DNA of 64,000 nt from an uncultured Anaerolineaceae bacterium (GCA_964549865.1 CAZJYB010000002.1:512-64511); one strand, 5' to 3'. Positions 48,230 to 57,373 are shown, counted from the stretch's first letter. Program-made: numbers and translations. The notes: generated by a model not told the origin, from the sequence alone.

Positions 48230-50797
48230 ATGTCTGTTTCATCAGGCTTTTCTGTTCAAAACAAGTGGATTGCTCTTTTTGTTTTATGGGCCCTGCATGG
48301 GTGTGTTGCTCTTTGGCAGTTTACAGCTTTATCTTCTGATAGCCATAAATTGTTGCCTGGCCCGTCCTTTTACAGGTTGGTGTTGGGTGGATTGTTATTG
48401 TCCTGGATTGTCATTAATTTTGTCTTGATCATCTCCATTTCCCGAAGATCGATGTGGCTGCATAAATTAATTGACAGATTTAAGGATCCTCTTGTGAAGG
48501 ATGTTTTTCTTGTAGTCGGAGTACTGGCGGTGATCTTACGGATATGGCTGGCCACCCAGGAAGGATTATTTGAAGCATCCGCGAATTTTCCATATGCTGC
48601 ATATTCGGATGTTCTTTCACCTCTGCTTGACCTGATGGTTTTTGTTTTCGTTGAGATCATCGCGTTGAATCTGTTTTTTGTTGTTCGCAGCAGGCCGGAA
48701 CATAAAAACCTATTTAAAGTCTTTCCCACCAGGCTGCTGATCGTTCTGGCGGTTTTGGGGATTGTGACTCTCTATATTTCCATAACGGGCCTGGGTATAG
48801 CCCCAAGCTATAAAGGCGACTGGGCGCGTGGGCTGCCTGCAGTTCCCTTGCTGGAATGGCAGATTATTCTGGCCTGTCTGTTTTGTGGTGGCATGGTTAT
48901 TGTTGAATCCAATGAGAAAATGTTAAAAATTTCCCGATTGGATTTATGGATTGCACTGGGGATATGGGTGGCAACAGTTGCTTTATGGCTTGGGCAGCCC
49001 ATCGTGCCGAACGCTGCGGCGCTCAAACCACACGAACCAAATTTCGAAATCTATCCTTTTAGTGACGCGCAAACCTATGACGAGTTCTCCCAATCCATTT
49101 TGATCGGCAATGGGTTTGACGTGGACAAAATTCCGCCACGCCCCTTGTACATCGTCATCCTTGCCATTATGCACATTTTGGTTGGACAGGATTACAGCAA
49201 TATGATCGCACTCCAGTCCATATTATTTGCCTTGTTTCCGGTTCTCCTGTATTTTTTTGGCACCGAATTCTTTGGGCGTCCAATTGGAATTTCCATTGCC
49301 CTTTTGGCGATTTTACGCGACTACACTTCAAATCTTGTTTCTCCGTTTACTGGCAATCTTGCTTATTCCAAACTTTACCTTTCCGAGATCCCCACTGCAA
49401 TGTTGTTAATTCTGTTTTTGCTGGTCGGCCTGCGCTGGATCAAGTCCGGGTTTCCGGTTTTTTCGGGACTGCTATTGGGAGGAATTTTGGGAGTGGCCAT
49501 GTTAATTCGCCCTCAGGTGGTGGTGGCATTCCCCATGCTTGTTTTGTTCGCCTTTGTTGTTCAGCCAAAAAGAATGGCGCCGATAATAAAAGGCTCGTTG
49601 TTGGCATTAATTACCGTGATCATGGTGATCAGCCCATGGCTCTGGAGAAACTCAAAAATTACAGGCGAATTCGTCTTTGATAGCCCAATATCTCAAATGG
49701 CCAACCTGGCTTTGCGATATAACAGATTGAATGGGGTTGATGTTAACATTATGCCTTTGCCTGGAGAAGCAGACTCCAACTACCATGCAAGATTGACCGA
49801 GCTTACAGCCAATGCAATTGATCTAAATCCATTGGGGATCGTCAGCGGGATCGCCAGTTCTTTTTTGAATCATGGAGTTAATAATATTCTTGTGTTCCCA
49901 TTAAGGAATACTCTCGGAAATTTTGGCGAACTCTGGACGCCCACAGATGCTTTCTGGGAAGGGTGGGAAGGCAGACCGACCCTATCTCAGGGATTATTGC
50001 TTGCTTTTTATGTTTTCCTGTTTGGGCTTGGATTAAGCACTGCATGGCAAAGAAATGGCTGGCTGGGCTTTCTGCCTTTGGGAGTTAATCTTCTCTATAA
50101 TTTATCGACCTCAGTGGCATTGATCTCCGGACAACGATTTATGTTGACATTGGATTGGTCCATATACTTATATTATATGATCGGTCTTTTTGCGTTGCTG
50201 AGCGCTTTTCTTTTTACGCTGGAAAGCGGACGGTCAGTGATACTCAAGTGGTATGAAGCCAATGCGTTGTCGTTTGTTGAGCAGGTTGACCTGAAAAAAT
50301 GGAGACAGTATATCTTTGCCGGCTTGTTATTCTTCGGGATCGGCGCTTCCCTGCCACTCAGCGAGATGGTGTTTCCGAAAAAATATCAGCCAGTTACTAA
50401 AGATGAGATGCTGGATGAGCTGGCGTCTTCCCCTGCCGTGAAACAATCAAAGCTGGACGCTTTTTGCCTTCAAAAGATTGTTGATGAGAACCATTTAAGT
50501 TTTGCTCAAGGGCTGGCAGTTTATCCCCGCTATTATCAAGCAGGTGACGGTGAAACATTTACCGATTCTGCCGGGTATAAACCTGTTGACGAAGGCAGGT
50601 TGGTATTTCAAATGATTGGCACGATCGATCAACGGATTATTTTCCCCATGTCGCTGCAGCCTGAATTCTTTCCCAATGCATCGGATGCAACTTTGTGGTT
50701 TGATGCCAGAGGAAATACGTGGGTTATTCTTGTCGAACAGGGCGACGTGCAAAGGATCTATTTTTCAGAGGCGTTGTTTCCCTCCATTTGTGACTGA
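48230..50797 (+). CDS. GT-C fold membrane glycosyltransferase (GT39/PMT_2-like), paralog of 41754-44303
   Basis: It is an 855-aa protein with the motif PNFEIYPFSDAQTYDEFSQSILIG and a colinear C-terminal domain. Confidence 0.6.
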   Translation: MSVSSGFSVQNKWIALFVLWALHGCVALWQFTALSSDSHKLLPGPSFYRLVLGGLLLSWIVINFVLIISISRRSMWLHKLIDRFKDPLVKDVFLVVGVLAVILRIWLATQEGLFEASANFPYAAYSDVLSPLLDLMVFVFVEIIALNLFFVVRSRPEHKNLFKVFPTRLLIVLAVLGIVTLYISITGLGIAPSYKGDWARGLPAVPLLEWQIILACLFCGGMVIVESNEKMLKISRLDLWIALGIWVATVALWLGQPIVPNAAALKPHEPNFEIYPFSDAQTYDEFSQSILIGNGFDVDKIPPRPLYIVILAIMHILVGQDYSNMIALQSILFALFPVLLYFFGTEFFGRPIGISIALLAILRDYTSNLVSPFTGNLAYSKLYLSEIPTAMLLILFLLVGLRWIKSGFPVFSGLLLGGILGVAMLIRPQVVVAFPMLVLFAFVVQPKRMAPIIKGSLLALITVIMVISPWLWRNSKITGEFVFDSPISQMANLALRYNRLNGVDVNIMPLPGEADSNYHARLTELTANAIDLNPLGIVSGIASSFLNHGVNNILVFPLRNTLGNFGELWTPTDAFWEGWEGRPTLSQGLLLAFYVFLFGLGLSTAWQRNGWLGFLPLGVNLLYNLSTSVALISGQRFMLTLDWSIYLYYMIGLFALLSAFLFTLESGRSVILKWYEANALSFVEQVDLKKWRQYIFAGLLFFGIGASLPLSEMVFPKKYQPVTKDEMLDELASSPAVKQSKLDAFCLQKIVDENHLSFAQGLAVYPRYYQAGDGETFTDSAGYKPVDEGRLVFQMIGTIDQRIIFPMSLQPEFFPNASDATLWFDARGNTWVILVEQGDVQRIYFSEALFPSICD

Positions 50798-50955
50798 CTT
50801 AAAATGAATAATGGAGCGGCAAAAAAGCGGTTTGTTTCGACGGATTTCGAGTGGTAGGGAACCCTTTTGGGCTGTCTGCATTCAAAATGTATTTTTTGGG
50901 CATGGAATCCTCATCCACTATTGACCTCCATAAATGCTTGAATAAATGAAATTTT

Positions 50956-50989
50956 AGTCTCCGCAGAAAAATTGATGCGGACTGAAAGT
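50956..50989. repeat. Degenerate core copy of the 57320-57373 palindromic element
   Basis: AGTC(T)CCGC-N12-GCGGACTGAA reproduces the central AGTCCGC-N12-GCGGACTGAA of the full element. The outer arms are missing. Confidence 0.3.
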
Positions 50990-50999
50990 TTGGTAGAAT
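50972..50999 (+). promoter_or_regulatory. Candidate sigma70-type promoter TTGATG-N16-(TG)G-TAGAAT
   Basis: It has an extended -10, TGGTAGAAT, at 50991-50999. It lies in the 370-nt gap upstream of the rmlD-like gene. Confidence 0.35.
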
Positions 51000-51174
51000 A
51001 ATACGTTGCTCACCATTGGCAGAGCAGAGATCATTCCGCTATTTTGGATAAAGATATGGCTCTTTGGATCACCTCATTGATTTGAATGGCATCAAGGTCT
51101 TGATTGCTGGATGTGGTCGCGAGTTATTGGATGAAGTTGGCGTGAATGTACTGGTAGAGATTGGAGATTATGAC

Positions 51175-52023
51175 TTGATACTTTTGATCGTTGGCGCCTC
51201 AGGTATGTTGGGACAAATGCTGTTCAAAGTGGCCGGGCAGCAGCCTGATTTGGATGTTTATGGTACGGTTCGTCGACGGGATGCACGCGTGCTGAAGTTT
51301 TTGCAAACGAGCGAGGCACGTTTATTTGAGTGTGATTTGGAAGCGGCAATTGATCCGCTGCTCTATTGCTCGCCGGATGTCGTTATCAATTGTGCCGGTA
51401 TCATCAAACAGCAGGGTGCGGCTCACACAGCTCTTGGTTATATTCGGGTGAATGCGCTGGCGCCATATGTTCTTGCCGATTTGTGTGAGCGCCGAGGGGC
51501 ACGGCTTATTCAGCTCAGTACAGATTGCGTCTTCTCGGGGCATATCGGTGACTATACTGAAGCAGATATTCCTGATCCCGTCGATATCTATGACCGATCC
51601 AAGTTATTGGGTGAAGTAACCCACGCGCCCCATCTAACAGTTCGTACTTCCTTCATAGGCTTTGAGCGTTTTCACAATCAGGGGCTTTCGTTATTGGACT
51701 GGTTTGAAGGTCAATCCGGAGAAATAAAGGGTTACAGACGGGCGATTTGGTCCGGGCTGACATCCCTGGAATTGTCGCGCAATTTGGTGTTTCTTGCCCG
51801 TCGCCCGGAAGTGACGGGGCTGTTGCATTTGTGCGGCGAAAAAATAAGCAAGTATGAGTTATTGGTTTTGGCTCGGGAGATACTCGGCAAAACGGATGTT
51901 ACGGTCCTACCCGACGAGAATTATGTTTGCGATAGGTCGTTGATCAGTTCTCGGTTGTCTGAGTTGGGAATCACAGTCCCCAGCCTTCGCCAGATGCTGA
52001 TGGAGCTGCGCGATCTGAAATGA
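51175..52023 (+). CDS. RmlD-family NDP-4-dehydro-6-deoxyhexose reductase-like SDR
   Basis: Motifs seen are IVGASGMLG, STDCVFSG and YDRSKLLGE. I chose TTG 51175 because GGAG lies 8 nt upstream; GTG 51142 is an alternative. Confidence 0.6.
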   Translation: MILLIVGASGMLGQMLFKVAGQQPDLDVYGTVRRRDARVLKFLQTSEARLFECDLEAAIDPLLYCSPDVVINCAGIIKQQGAAHTALGYIRVNALAPYVLADLCERRGARLIQLSTDCVFSGHIGDYTEADIPDPVDIYDRSKLLGEVTHAPHLTVRTSFIGFERFHNQGLSLLDWFEGQSGEIKGYRRAIWSGLTSLELSRNLVFLARRPEVTGLLHLCGEKISKYELLVLAREILGKTDVTVLPDENYVCDRSLISSRLSELGITVPSLRQMLMELRDLK

Positions 52024-52033
52024 GGATTGATCG

Positions 52034-52801
52034 ATGAAAACCTGTGTGATCATGCCGGCCTATAATGCGGGGAAAGTGGTAACCAGTGTTATTGAACGCA
52101 TCCCGGCCGGGGTCATTGATGAGATCATTGTTGTAGATGATGCCAGTCGCGATAATACGTTTGAAGTACTCTCGGCGATACCGGGTCTGACGGTGTTGCG
52201 CCATGCCGAAAATCGCGGCTATGGTGGCGCGCAGATTACACTCCATGATGCAGCCATTCAAGGCAGGGCTGATGTGGTTGTGCTGATGCATTCCGATGGC
52301 GGACATTTTCCGGAAGAACTACCGCTGTTATTGGAGCCGATACTCGCTGGTCAGGCTCAGGTGGTCCTGGGAGCGCGGATTCATGGGACGATTGATAAAG
52401 CCCGTCCATTGATGGGTTCACCCTTATTAGGAGCATTGATGAACGGGCCCATGCCGCCCACCCGGCTAATGGGACATTTGTTTCTGACTGGAATTCAGAA
52501 TTTTGTTTTTGGAACGCATTACGATGCCTGGCATAGCGGTTTCCGGGCGATGTCCAAAGAGGCCATCCTACGGGTGCCTTACTGTGACTTTGGTGCGGGC
52601 TATTTATTCGATACCGAATTCTTACTGATGGCTCATTTGGCGGGATTAAAAATCAAGGAAGTGCCGGTAAGCAGTTTCTATGATCCCAGGTCTGGTTCAA
52701 CTGTCGAGCCGTTTTCTTATGGATTAAAGGTCTTGCGATATGTGTTGATGCGGCGCTGGAAAATGTTCTTTCAACCCAAGTCAATGAAAAGCAATGGCTA
52801 A
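52034..52801 (+). CDS. Glycosyltransferase family 2
   Basis: Motifs seen are CVIMPAYNAG, IVVDDASRDNT and ENRGYGGAQ. Confidence 0.78.
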   Translation: MKTCVIMPAYNAGKVVTSVIERIPAGVIDEIIVVDDASRDNTFEVLSAIPGLTVLRHAENRGYGGAQITLHDAAIQGRADVVVLMHSDGGHFPEELPLLLEPILAGQAQVVLGARIHGTIDKARPLMGSPLLGALMNGPMPPTRLMGHLFLTGIQNFVFGTHYDAWHSGFRAMSKEAILRVPYCDFGAGYLFDTEFLLMAHLAGLKIKEVPVSSFYDPRSGSTVEPFSYGLKVLRYVLMRRWKMFFQPKSMKSNG

Positions 52802-52831
52802 AGCGTGAAACTGCCGATTATGGTGAAAGAC

Positions 52832-54265
52832 TCAAACGAACTTGATCCTGCGCGCGGCAAAAGCGACCATTCTCAACAATAAAATGCCGTGTTTCCAGCG
52901 CGAGATGTTGGTTGTGCCATAGGTGCGTTCGCGATAGCGGATGGGCAGGTCGACGATTTTTCGGTTCAGTTTGGCTGCCCCAAAGATCAGGTCGAAATCA
53001 CCAAAGGGATCGAAGTCCCCGAAGTAGGATCGGTTCGCGGCGATCTTTTCATAATCGTCACGCCACAATACTTTTGTCCCACACAATGTATCCTTGATGG
53101 GCTGACCCAGCATCCACGAGAAGGCCATGCTGAAGAGTTTGTTACCTATGAAGTTCAAGGTACGCATGGCTTCCTTTTCCATTGGGTAGACAAGACGCAC
53201 CCCGTTGATAAATTCGCCCTTGCCGGATGCGATGGCATCGTAGAAACGCGGCAGGTCTTCGGGGGGAACGGTCAGATCCGCATCGAGGATCATCAGGATG
53301 TCGCCGCTGGCTTTTTCGAAGCCGAGGCGGATGGCGTCAGCCTTGCCAATGCCGGTTTGTCGAAAGAGCAGGCTTGGGGTTTGGGAATGAAGCGGAATTT
53401 CCTGCTCGATGGTTTCGTAGGTGTTGTCGCCTGAATGTCCCTCGACAAAGATCAACTCTGTTCTTGTCCCCATCTTTGGAAGGCGCTCAAAAATGGATTT
53501 AATATTGCCGGCCTCGTTACGCGCCGCCACAACGACGGAGACGCTGGGTTCCTGGGTGCGTTGCGGCGCGGGACGGGCGACCACAAAGTTTGAGAGAGCG
53601 AACTCGCGGAAGGGCCAGAGTTTGACGAGATAGCGATTGGCGACCCCCCCGAGGGGCAGGGGCCATAAAACCTCCTCGGCGGAACGGATGCTTTCAAAGC
53701 CTGCAAGACGCAGCATATTATTAATATCTTCGGGGGTAAGCCAGTTTTGATAAAGCAGGGGCGCGGCAAGATCTAAACTTTGCGCGATGGTAAGCGGCAA
53801 CTGCCAGAGATGGCTGTAAAAATTAAGAATTAATCGCGTGTGTGAATTACAGAATTTTTTGACCTGCTCGAGCGCACGTTGCACATCCCACAGTTCGTTG
53901 ATCGTGTCTGAAAAAATGATGACATCGAACGTGCCTTCCAGGCTGGAAAGATCGTGAACATCTGCCTGGTGATATTCGATATCGGGATGGCGCTTTTTGG
54001 CCCGTTCTATCATCATCGTGGAGAAGTCGACTCCAACGCCATGAGAAGGTCGCAGTTGCGAAATCAGATCACCCATGCCGCAACCGATCTCCAGGATACG
54101 CTGATTGGGATTGACAAGGAAACGATAGACCTCGATCAACCTGCGGTGATACCACCTTCCCATGCCGCGCCAGTTGTCACGTTTTTGAGCGACAAGATCC
54201 CAATGTGCCATGCGGGTTTCCTGATATGCCCTGCCTGCTTCGTCAAAAGATGGATTTACATTCAT
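52832..54265 (-). CDS. Bifunctional class I SAM methyltransferase / GT2 glycosyltransferase fusion
   Basis: The N-terminal methyltransferase has ILEIGCGMGDL and FDVIIFSDTINEL. The C-terminal GT2 has VSVVVAARNE, VEGHSGDNT, ILDADL and CGTKVLWR. Confidence 0.82.
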   Translation of the reverse strand: MNVNPSFDEAGRAYQETRMAHWDLVAQKRDNWRGMGRWYHRRLIEVYRFLVNPNQRILEIGCGMGDLISQLRPSHGVGVDFSTMMIERAKKRHPDIEYHQADVHDLSSLEGTFDVIIFSDTINELWDVQRALEQVKKFCNSHTRLILNFYSHLWQLPLTIAQSLDLAAPLLYQNWLTPEDINNMLRLAGFESIRSAEEVLWPLPLGGVANRYLVKLWPFREFALSNFVVARPAPQRTQEPSVSVVVAARNEAGNIKSIFERLPKMGTRTELIFVEGHSGDNTYETIEQEIPLHSQTPSLLFRQTGIGKADAIRLGFEKASGDILMILDADLTVPPEDLPRFYDAIASGKGEFINGVRLVYPMEKEAMRTLNFIGNKLFSMAFSWMLGQPIKDTLCGTKVLWRDDYEKIAANRSYFGDFDPFGDFDLIFGAAKLNRKIVDLPIRYRERTYGTTNISRWKHGILLLRMVAFAARRIKFV

Positions 54266-54269
54266 AGCG

Positions 54270-54284
54270 CCATGATTTTACCTG
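54270..54284 (-). promoter_or_regulatory. Type-C motif TCAGGTAAAATCATG, copy 2
   Basis: The 15-mer is identical to 46698-46712. The -10-like TAAAAT ends 8 nt upstream of ATG 54265, which would give a near-leaderless transcript. Confidence 0.4.
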
Positions 54285-54324
54285 ATAAATTTGCGTAGCC
54301 CGTCCCATCCGCAGAATAGTGGAC

Positions 54325-54373
54325 TTGACCTTGCCTCGAATGGGGTTATAATTCAGTGACTGAATTTTGGATT
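54325..54373 (+). promoter_or_regulatory. Type-B promoter/operator: TTGACC-N16-TATAATTCAGTGACTGAATTTTGGATT
   Basis: It has near-consensus -35 and -10 hexamers. The palindrome AATTCAG-N3-CTGAATT starts inside the -10. The module is duplicated at 4015-4041. Confidence 0.6.
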
Positions 54374-54382
54374 GTAAAGTAT

Positions 54383-54853
54383 ATGGAATCAACCAACGAC
54401 GAGATCCGCGAACTCTCCCTGCTTGAACAGATCGAGAACGACCCGAATGTCAACCAGTCCACGCTTGCCACCCAACTGGGTGTTGCGGTTGGAACGGTCA
54501 ATTGGCATTTAAAACGTCTCATTGCCAAAGGCGCTGTAAAGGTTTCGCGCGCTGAGCGCAAGAAATTGCGTTACATCATCACGCCCGAGGGACTTGCCCT
54601 GCGTGCCCGTCTGGCAATCGATTACGTGGAACGTTCATTCTCTGTATATCGACGAACACGCCAGCGCGTGAAGGATCATGTTTCTTCGATTCGCCGCGCA
54701 GGATACGATCGTGTGCGCATCGTTGGCTCCGGCGATGTGGCTGATATTTGCAAACTGACATGTCTTGAACAGGGTATTTCCGTGGTGAACGATAAATCTG
54801 CGCCCGCATTAATTTTGGATGGCTACAAAGTACGGCTGGAGGGTTTGGAATGA
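54383..54853 (+). CDS. Winged-helix (MarR-like) transcriptional regulator, paralog 2
   Basis: NQSTLATQLGVAVGTVNWHLKRLIAKGAVKVSRAERKKLRYIITPEG is colinear with the regulator at 9287. I preferred ATG 54383 to GTG 54356, which lies inside the operator. Confidence 0.7.
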   Translation: MESTNDEIRELSLLEQIENDPNVNQSTLATQLGVAVGTVNWHLKRLIAKGAVKVSRAERKKLRYIITPEGLALRARLAIDYVERSFSVYRRTRQRVKDHVSSIRRAGYDRVRIVGSGDVADICKLTCLEQGISVVNDKSAPALILDGYKVRLEGLE

Positions 54854-55860
54854 CCGATCGCCATGTGCTCATTACGGGAGGCGCAGGATATATCGGTTCC
54901 ATCCTGACCTCGGAACTGCTGCGCGCCAATTACAGGGTTACCGTCCTGGACTCTTTACTGTTCGGCGGCGAAGCGATCGTTCCGTTTTTGCATCACCCCA
55001 ACTTTCACTTTGTGAAAGCGGATGTGACTGAAAATCGCGCAGTGCGTGACTCGATCAAGCGCGATTGGCAGAAACCTGACTCAGTTGTTCATCTTGCCGC
55101 GATTGTGGGTTTTCCTGCATGTCAGGCGGTGGGCAGGCAGGTGTCGTGGAAATACAATGTCGACGCCACGAAAATGGTTTTCGAACAAGCATTGGATCTG
55201 GGCATCGCGCGATTCGTTTTTGCATCCACTTATAGCAACTATGGGCTGTCGCCGGATGGCAAACCTGTGACGGAAGAATCTGCATTAAATCCGCAATCCC
55301 TGTATGCCGAGACCAAGATCGCGGCGGAGGAGTTCTTGAGCTCACAAAAGGACTCGGTCTGCGCGCCGTTGCTGTTCCGTTTTGCGACCCTGTATGGAAT
55401 TTCCCCGCGTACCCGTTTTGACCTGATCGTCAATCAATTTGTGTTGGAGGCATTCACCAAACGCGAATTGATCATTTACCAGCGCGGCTATTCACGTTCA
55501 TTCGTACATATTCGTGACGTGGTACGCGGCGTGATGATGGGTCTCGAAGCCGAACGCGAAAAGGTGTGCGGGCAGATTTTCAATCTGGGAACTGAGAACG
55601 GAAATTATTCGAAGGACGATATCGTGCAATTGGTGCTTAAACGCATGCCGGAGACAGTCGTTGAATACAAGGATCTGACTTTCGGGGGCGATATGCGCGA
55701 TATTACGGTTTCGTTCGAGAAAATCAAGCGTGTACTTGGTTTTGATGCGACCCTGACCGTGGATGACGGCGTGCGCGAGGTTTTACACGCCTTAAAGACG
55801 GGTTTGATAAGAAACCCAACGGATGACAGATACAGGAATGCACAATTCATCGTGCAATAG
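54850..55860 (+). CDS. NAD-dependent NDP-sugar epimerase/dehydratase (SDR)
   Basis: Motifs seen are VLITGGAGYIGS and YAETKIAAEE. Confidence 0.7.
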   Translation: MTDRHVLITGGAGYIGSILTSELLRANYRVTVLDSLLFGGEAIVPFLHHPNFHFVKADVTENRAVRDSIKRDWQKPDSVVHLAAIVGFPACQAVGRQVSWKYNVDATKMVFEQALDLGIARFVFASTYSNYGLSPDGKPVTEESALNPQSLYAETKIAAEEFLSSQKDSVCAPLLFRFATLYGISPRTRFDLIVNQFVLEAFTKRELIIYQRGYSRSFVHIRDVVRGVMMGLEAEREKVCGQIFNLGTENGNYSKDDIVQLVLKRMPETVVEYKDLTFGGDMRDITVSFEKIKRVLGFDATLTVDDGVREVLHALKTGLIRNPTDDRYRNAQFIVQ

Positions 55861-55875
55861 GTTGCAAGTTACCGA

Positions 55876-55890
55876 GTTGAAGGTTGAAGG
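55876..55890 (+). repeat. Left arm of the inverted repeat bracketing four-helix-bundle gene 1
   Basis: GTTGAAGGTTGAA is the exact complement of 56343-56355. Confidence 0.6.
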
Positions 55891-55899
55891 AGTATATGA

Positions 55900-56313
55900 A
55901 TGACGACTGCAAAGCGGTTTGAGGAATTGGAAGTTTGGCAAAGAGCCAAAGATCTGACAAACCTGGTTTATAAATTTTCCACAGATGGGTCGTTTGCGCG
56001 TGATTTCGGTTTGCGCGACCAAATCAGACGCGCGTCTGTTTCGATTATGTCCAATATAGCCGAAGGATTTGAGAGTCAAACTCAGGCTGTGTTTATTAAG
56101 TACCTCGCGTATGCCAAAGGTTCTGCGGGTGAGTTGCGGGCTCAACTTTATATTGTCAGGGATCAAGGCTACATAACTGATGAAGAATTTGATCAAGCAT
56201 TTTCCGCAGCGGAAATTTGCAGCAAGCAATTATCACGTTTTATTCATTATTTGGAATCCCAACCCAACGCGCGGCGGGTCCGCGAAGAAGAAGTAGCGTA
56301 CAATGTCGAATAG
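55900..56313 (+). CDS. Four-helix-bundle protein (23S rRNA intervening-sequence protein / Avd-like family)
   Basis: Motifs seen are [48 protein letters not shown]. Confidence 0.8.
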   Translation: MTTAKRFEELEVWQRAKDLTNLVYKFSTDGSFARDFGLRDQIRRASVSIMSNIAEGFESQTQAVFIKYLAYAKGSAGELRAQLYIVRDQGYITDEEFDQAFSAAEICSKQLSRFIHYLESQPNARRVREEEVAYNVE

Positions 56314-57316
56314 CCAACCTTCCAACTTTCAACCTTCTGACTTTCAACCTTCAACCTTTTGGCAGAACAAACGTGTGATCGTTACGGGGGGAGGAGGTTT
56401 CCTCGGCTCCTTTGTTGTTGAAGAACTTAAGCAGCGCGGCGCGACCGATATTTTCATCCCGCGCAAAAAGGATTATGACCTGACCGATCACAACGCAATT
56501 GATCGTTTCTATAATGATGCGTTGAAAGGTGTCGAGCCCGGGCATACGATCGTGATTCATCTGGCCGCCAATGTGGGCGGCATCGGCGCCAACCGTGAAC
56601 ACCCCGCTGAATTTTTCTACGATAACCTGGTGATGGGCGTGGAATTGATGCACCAGGCCTGGAAGCGCGGTGTCGGCAAATTCGTTGCCACCGGAACGGT
56701 GTGTGCGTATCCCAAATTCACCCCGGTTCCGTTCAAGGAAGATGACCTGTGGATCGGCTATCCTGAAGAGACCAATGCTCCCTATGGCCTCGCCAAAAAA
56801 ATGATGCTGGTGCAGGCGCAGTCTTATCGCCAGCAATATGGATTCAATTCCATTTTCCTTTTGCCTGTAAATCTATATGGCCCTGGCGATAATTTCAATC
56901 TGCAAACCTCGCATGTGATCCCGGCCTTGATCCGCAAGGCGGTCGAAGCGGGTGAGCGCGGTGATCAGGAACTGCAAGTGTGGGGGGATGGCTCTCCAAC
57001 CCGCGAATTCCTGTATGTGGAAGATGCTGCAGATGGCATTGTCACTGCTGCTGAAAAATATGACGGCGATCAGCCTGTCAATCTTGGTTCCGGTTATGAG
57101 ATCTCGATCAAGGATTTGAGCGAAATCATTGTGAAAATGACCGGTTTTCAGGGAAAGCTTGCATGGCAGACCGATAAACCGAACGGCCAGCCACGCCGAG
57201 GGCTGGACGTCACCCGTGCAAAGGAATTATTCAATTGGCGTGCGCGAGTTACCTTTGAAGAAGGCATGCGTCGCACGATCGAATGGTTTAAAGCCAATCG
57301 TGAAAAAATTAAATAG
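56303..57316 (+). CDS. fcl: GDP-L-fucose synthase (GDP-4-keto-6-deoxymannose 3,5-epimerase/4-reductase)
   Basis: Motifs seen are [45 protein letters not shown] and [12 protein letters not shown]. The true start may lie downstream of the repeat-encoded first ~20 codons. Confidence 0.88.
   Translation: MSNSQPSNFQPSDFQPSTFWQNKRVIVTGGGGFLGSFVVEELKQRGATDIFIPRKKDYDLTDHNAIDRFYNDALKGVEPGHTIVIHLAANVGGIGANREHPAEFFYDNLVMGVELMHQAWKRGVGKFVATGTVCAYPKFTPVPFKEDDLWIGYPEETNAPYGLAKKMMLVQAQSYRQQYGFNSIFLLPVNLYGPGDNFNLQTSHVIPALIRKAVEAGERGDQELQVWGDGSPTREFLYVEDAADGIVTAAEKYDGDQPVNLGSGYEISIKDLSEIIVKMTGFQGKLAWQTDKPNGQPRRGLDVTRAKELFNWRARVTFEEGMRRTIEWFKANREKIK
56314..56356 (+). repeat. Right arm: reiterated CAACCTT/CAACTTT heptamers, also read as the fcl N-terminal codons
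   Basis: The sequence is CCAACCTTCCAACTTTCAACCTTCTGACTTTCAACCTTCAACC, and 13 nt are complementary to the left arm. Confidence 0.6.
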
Positions 57317-57319
57317 CCT

Positions 57320-57373
57320 GGATCGCGGACTTCAGTCCGCAATTCATATATAGCGGACTGAAGTCCGCGATCC
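57320..57373. repeat. Perfect 21-bp inverted repeat with a 12-nt loop (GGATCGCGGACTTCAGTCCGC-N12-GCGGACTGAAGTCCGCGATCC)
   Basis: I read it directly from the sequence. Each arm holds a nested mini-palindrome (GCGGACT-TC-AGTCCGC). It ends 7 nt before the wzm2 ATG, and a second copy lies at 61681-61731. Confidence 0.85.

Noticed and set aside
52889-53434. A 181-aa plus-strand ORF inside the minus-strand methyltransferase-GT2 gene. Similar shadow ORFs occur at 56351-56836, 60950-61471, 62151-62735 and 6976-7467.
   Set aside because: Each lies antisense to a CDS with clear catalytic motifs and has no domain signature of its own.
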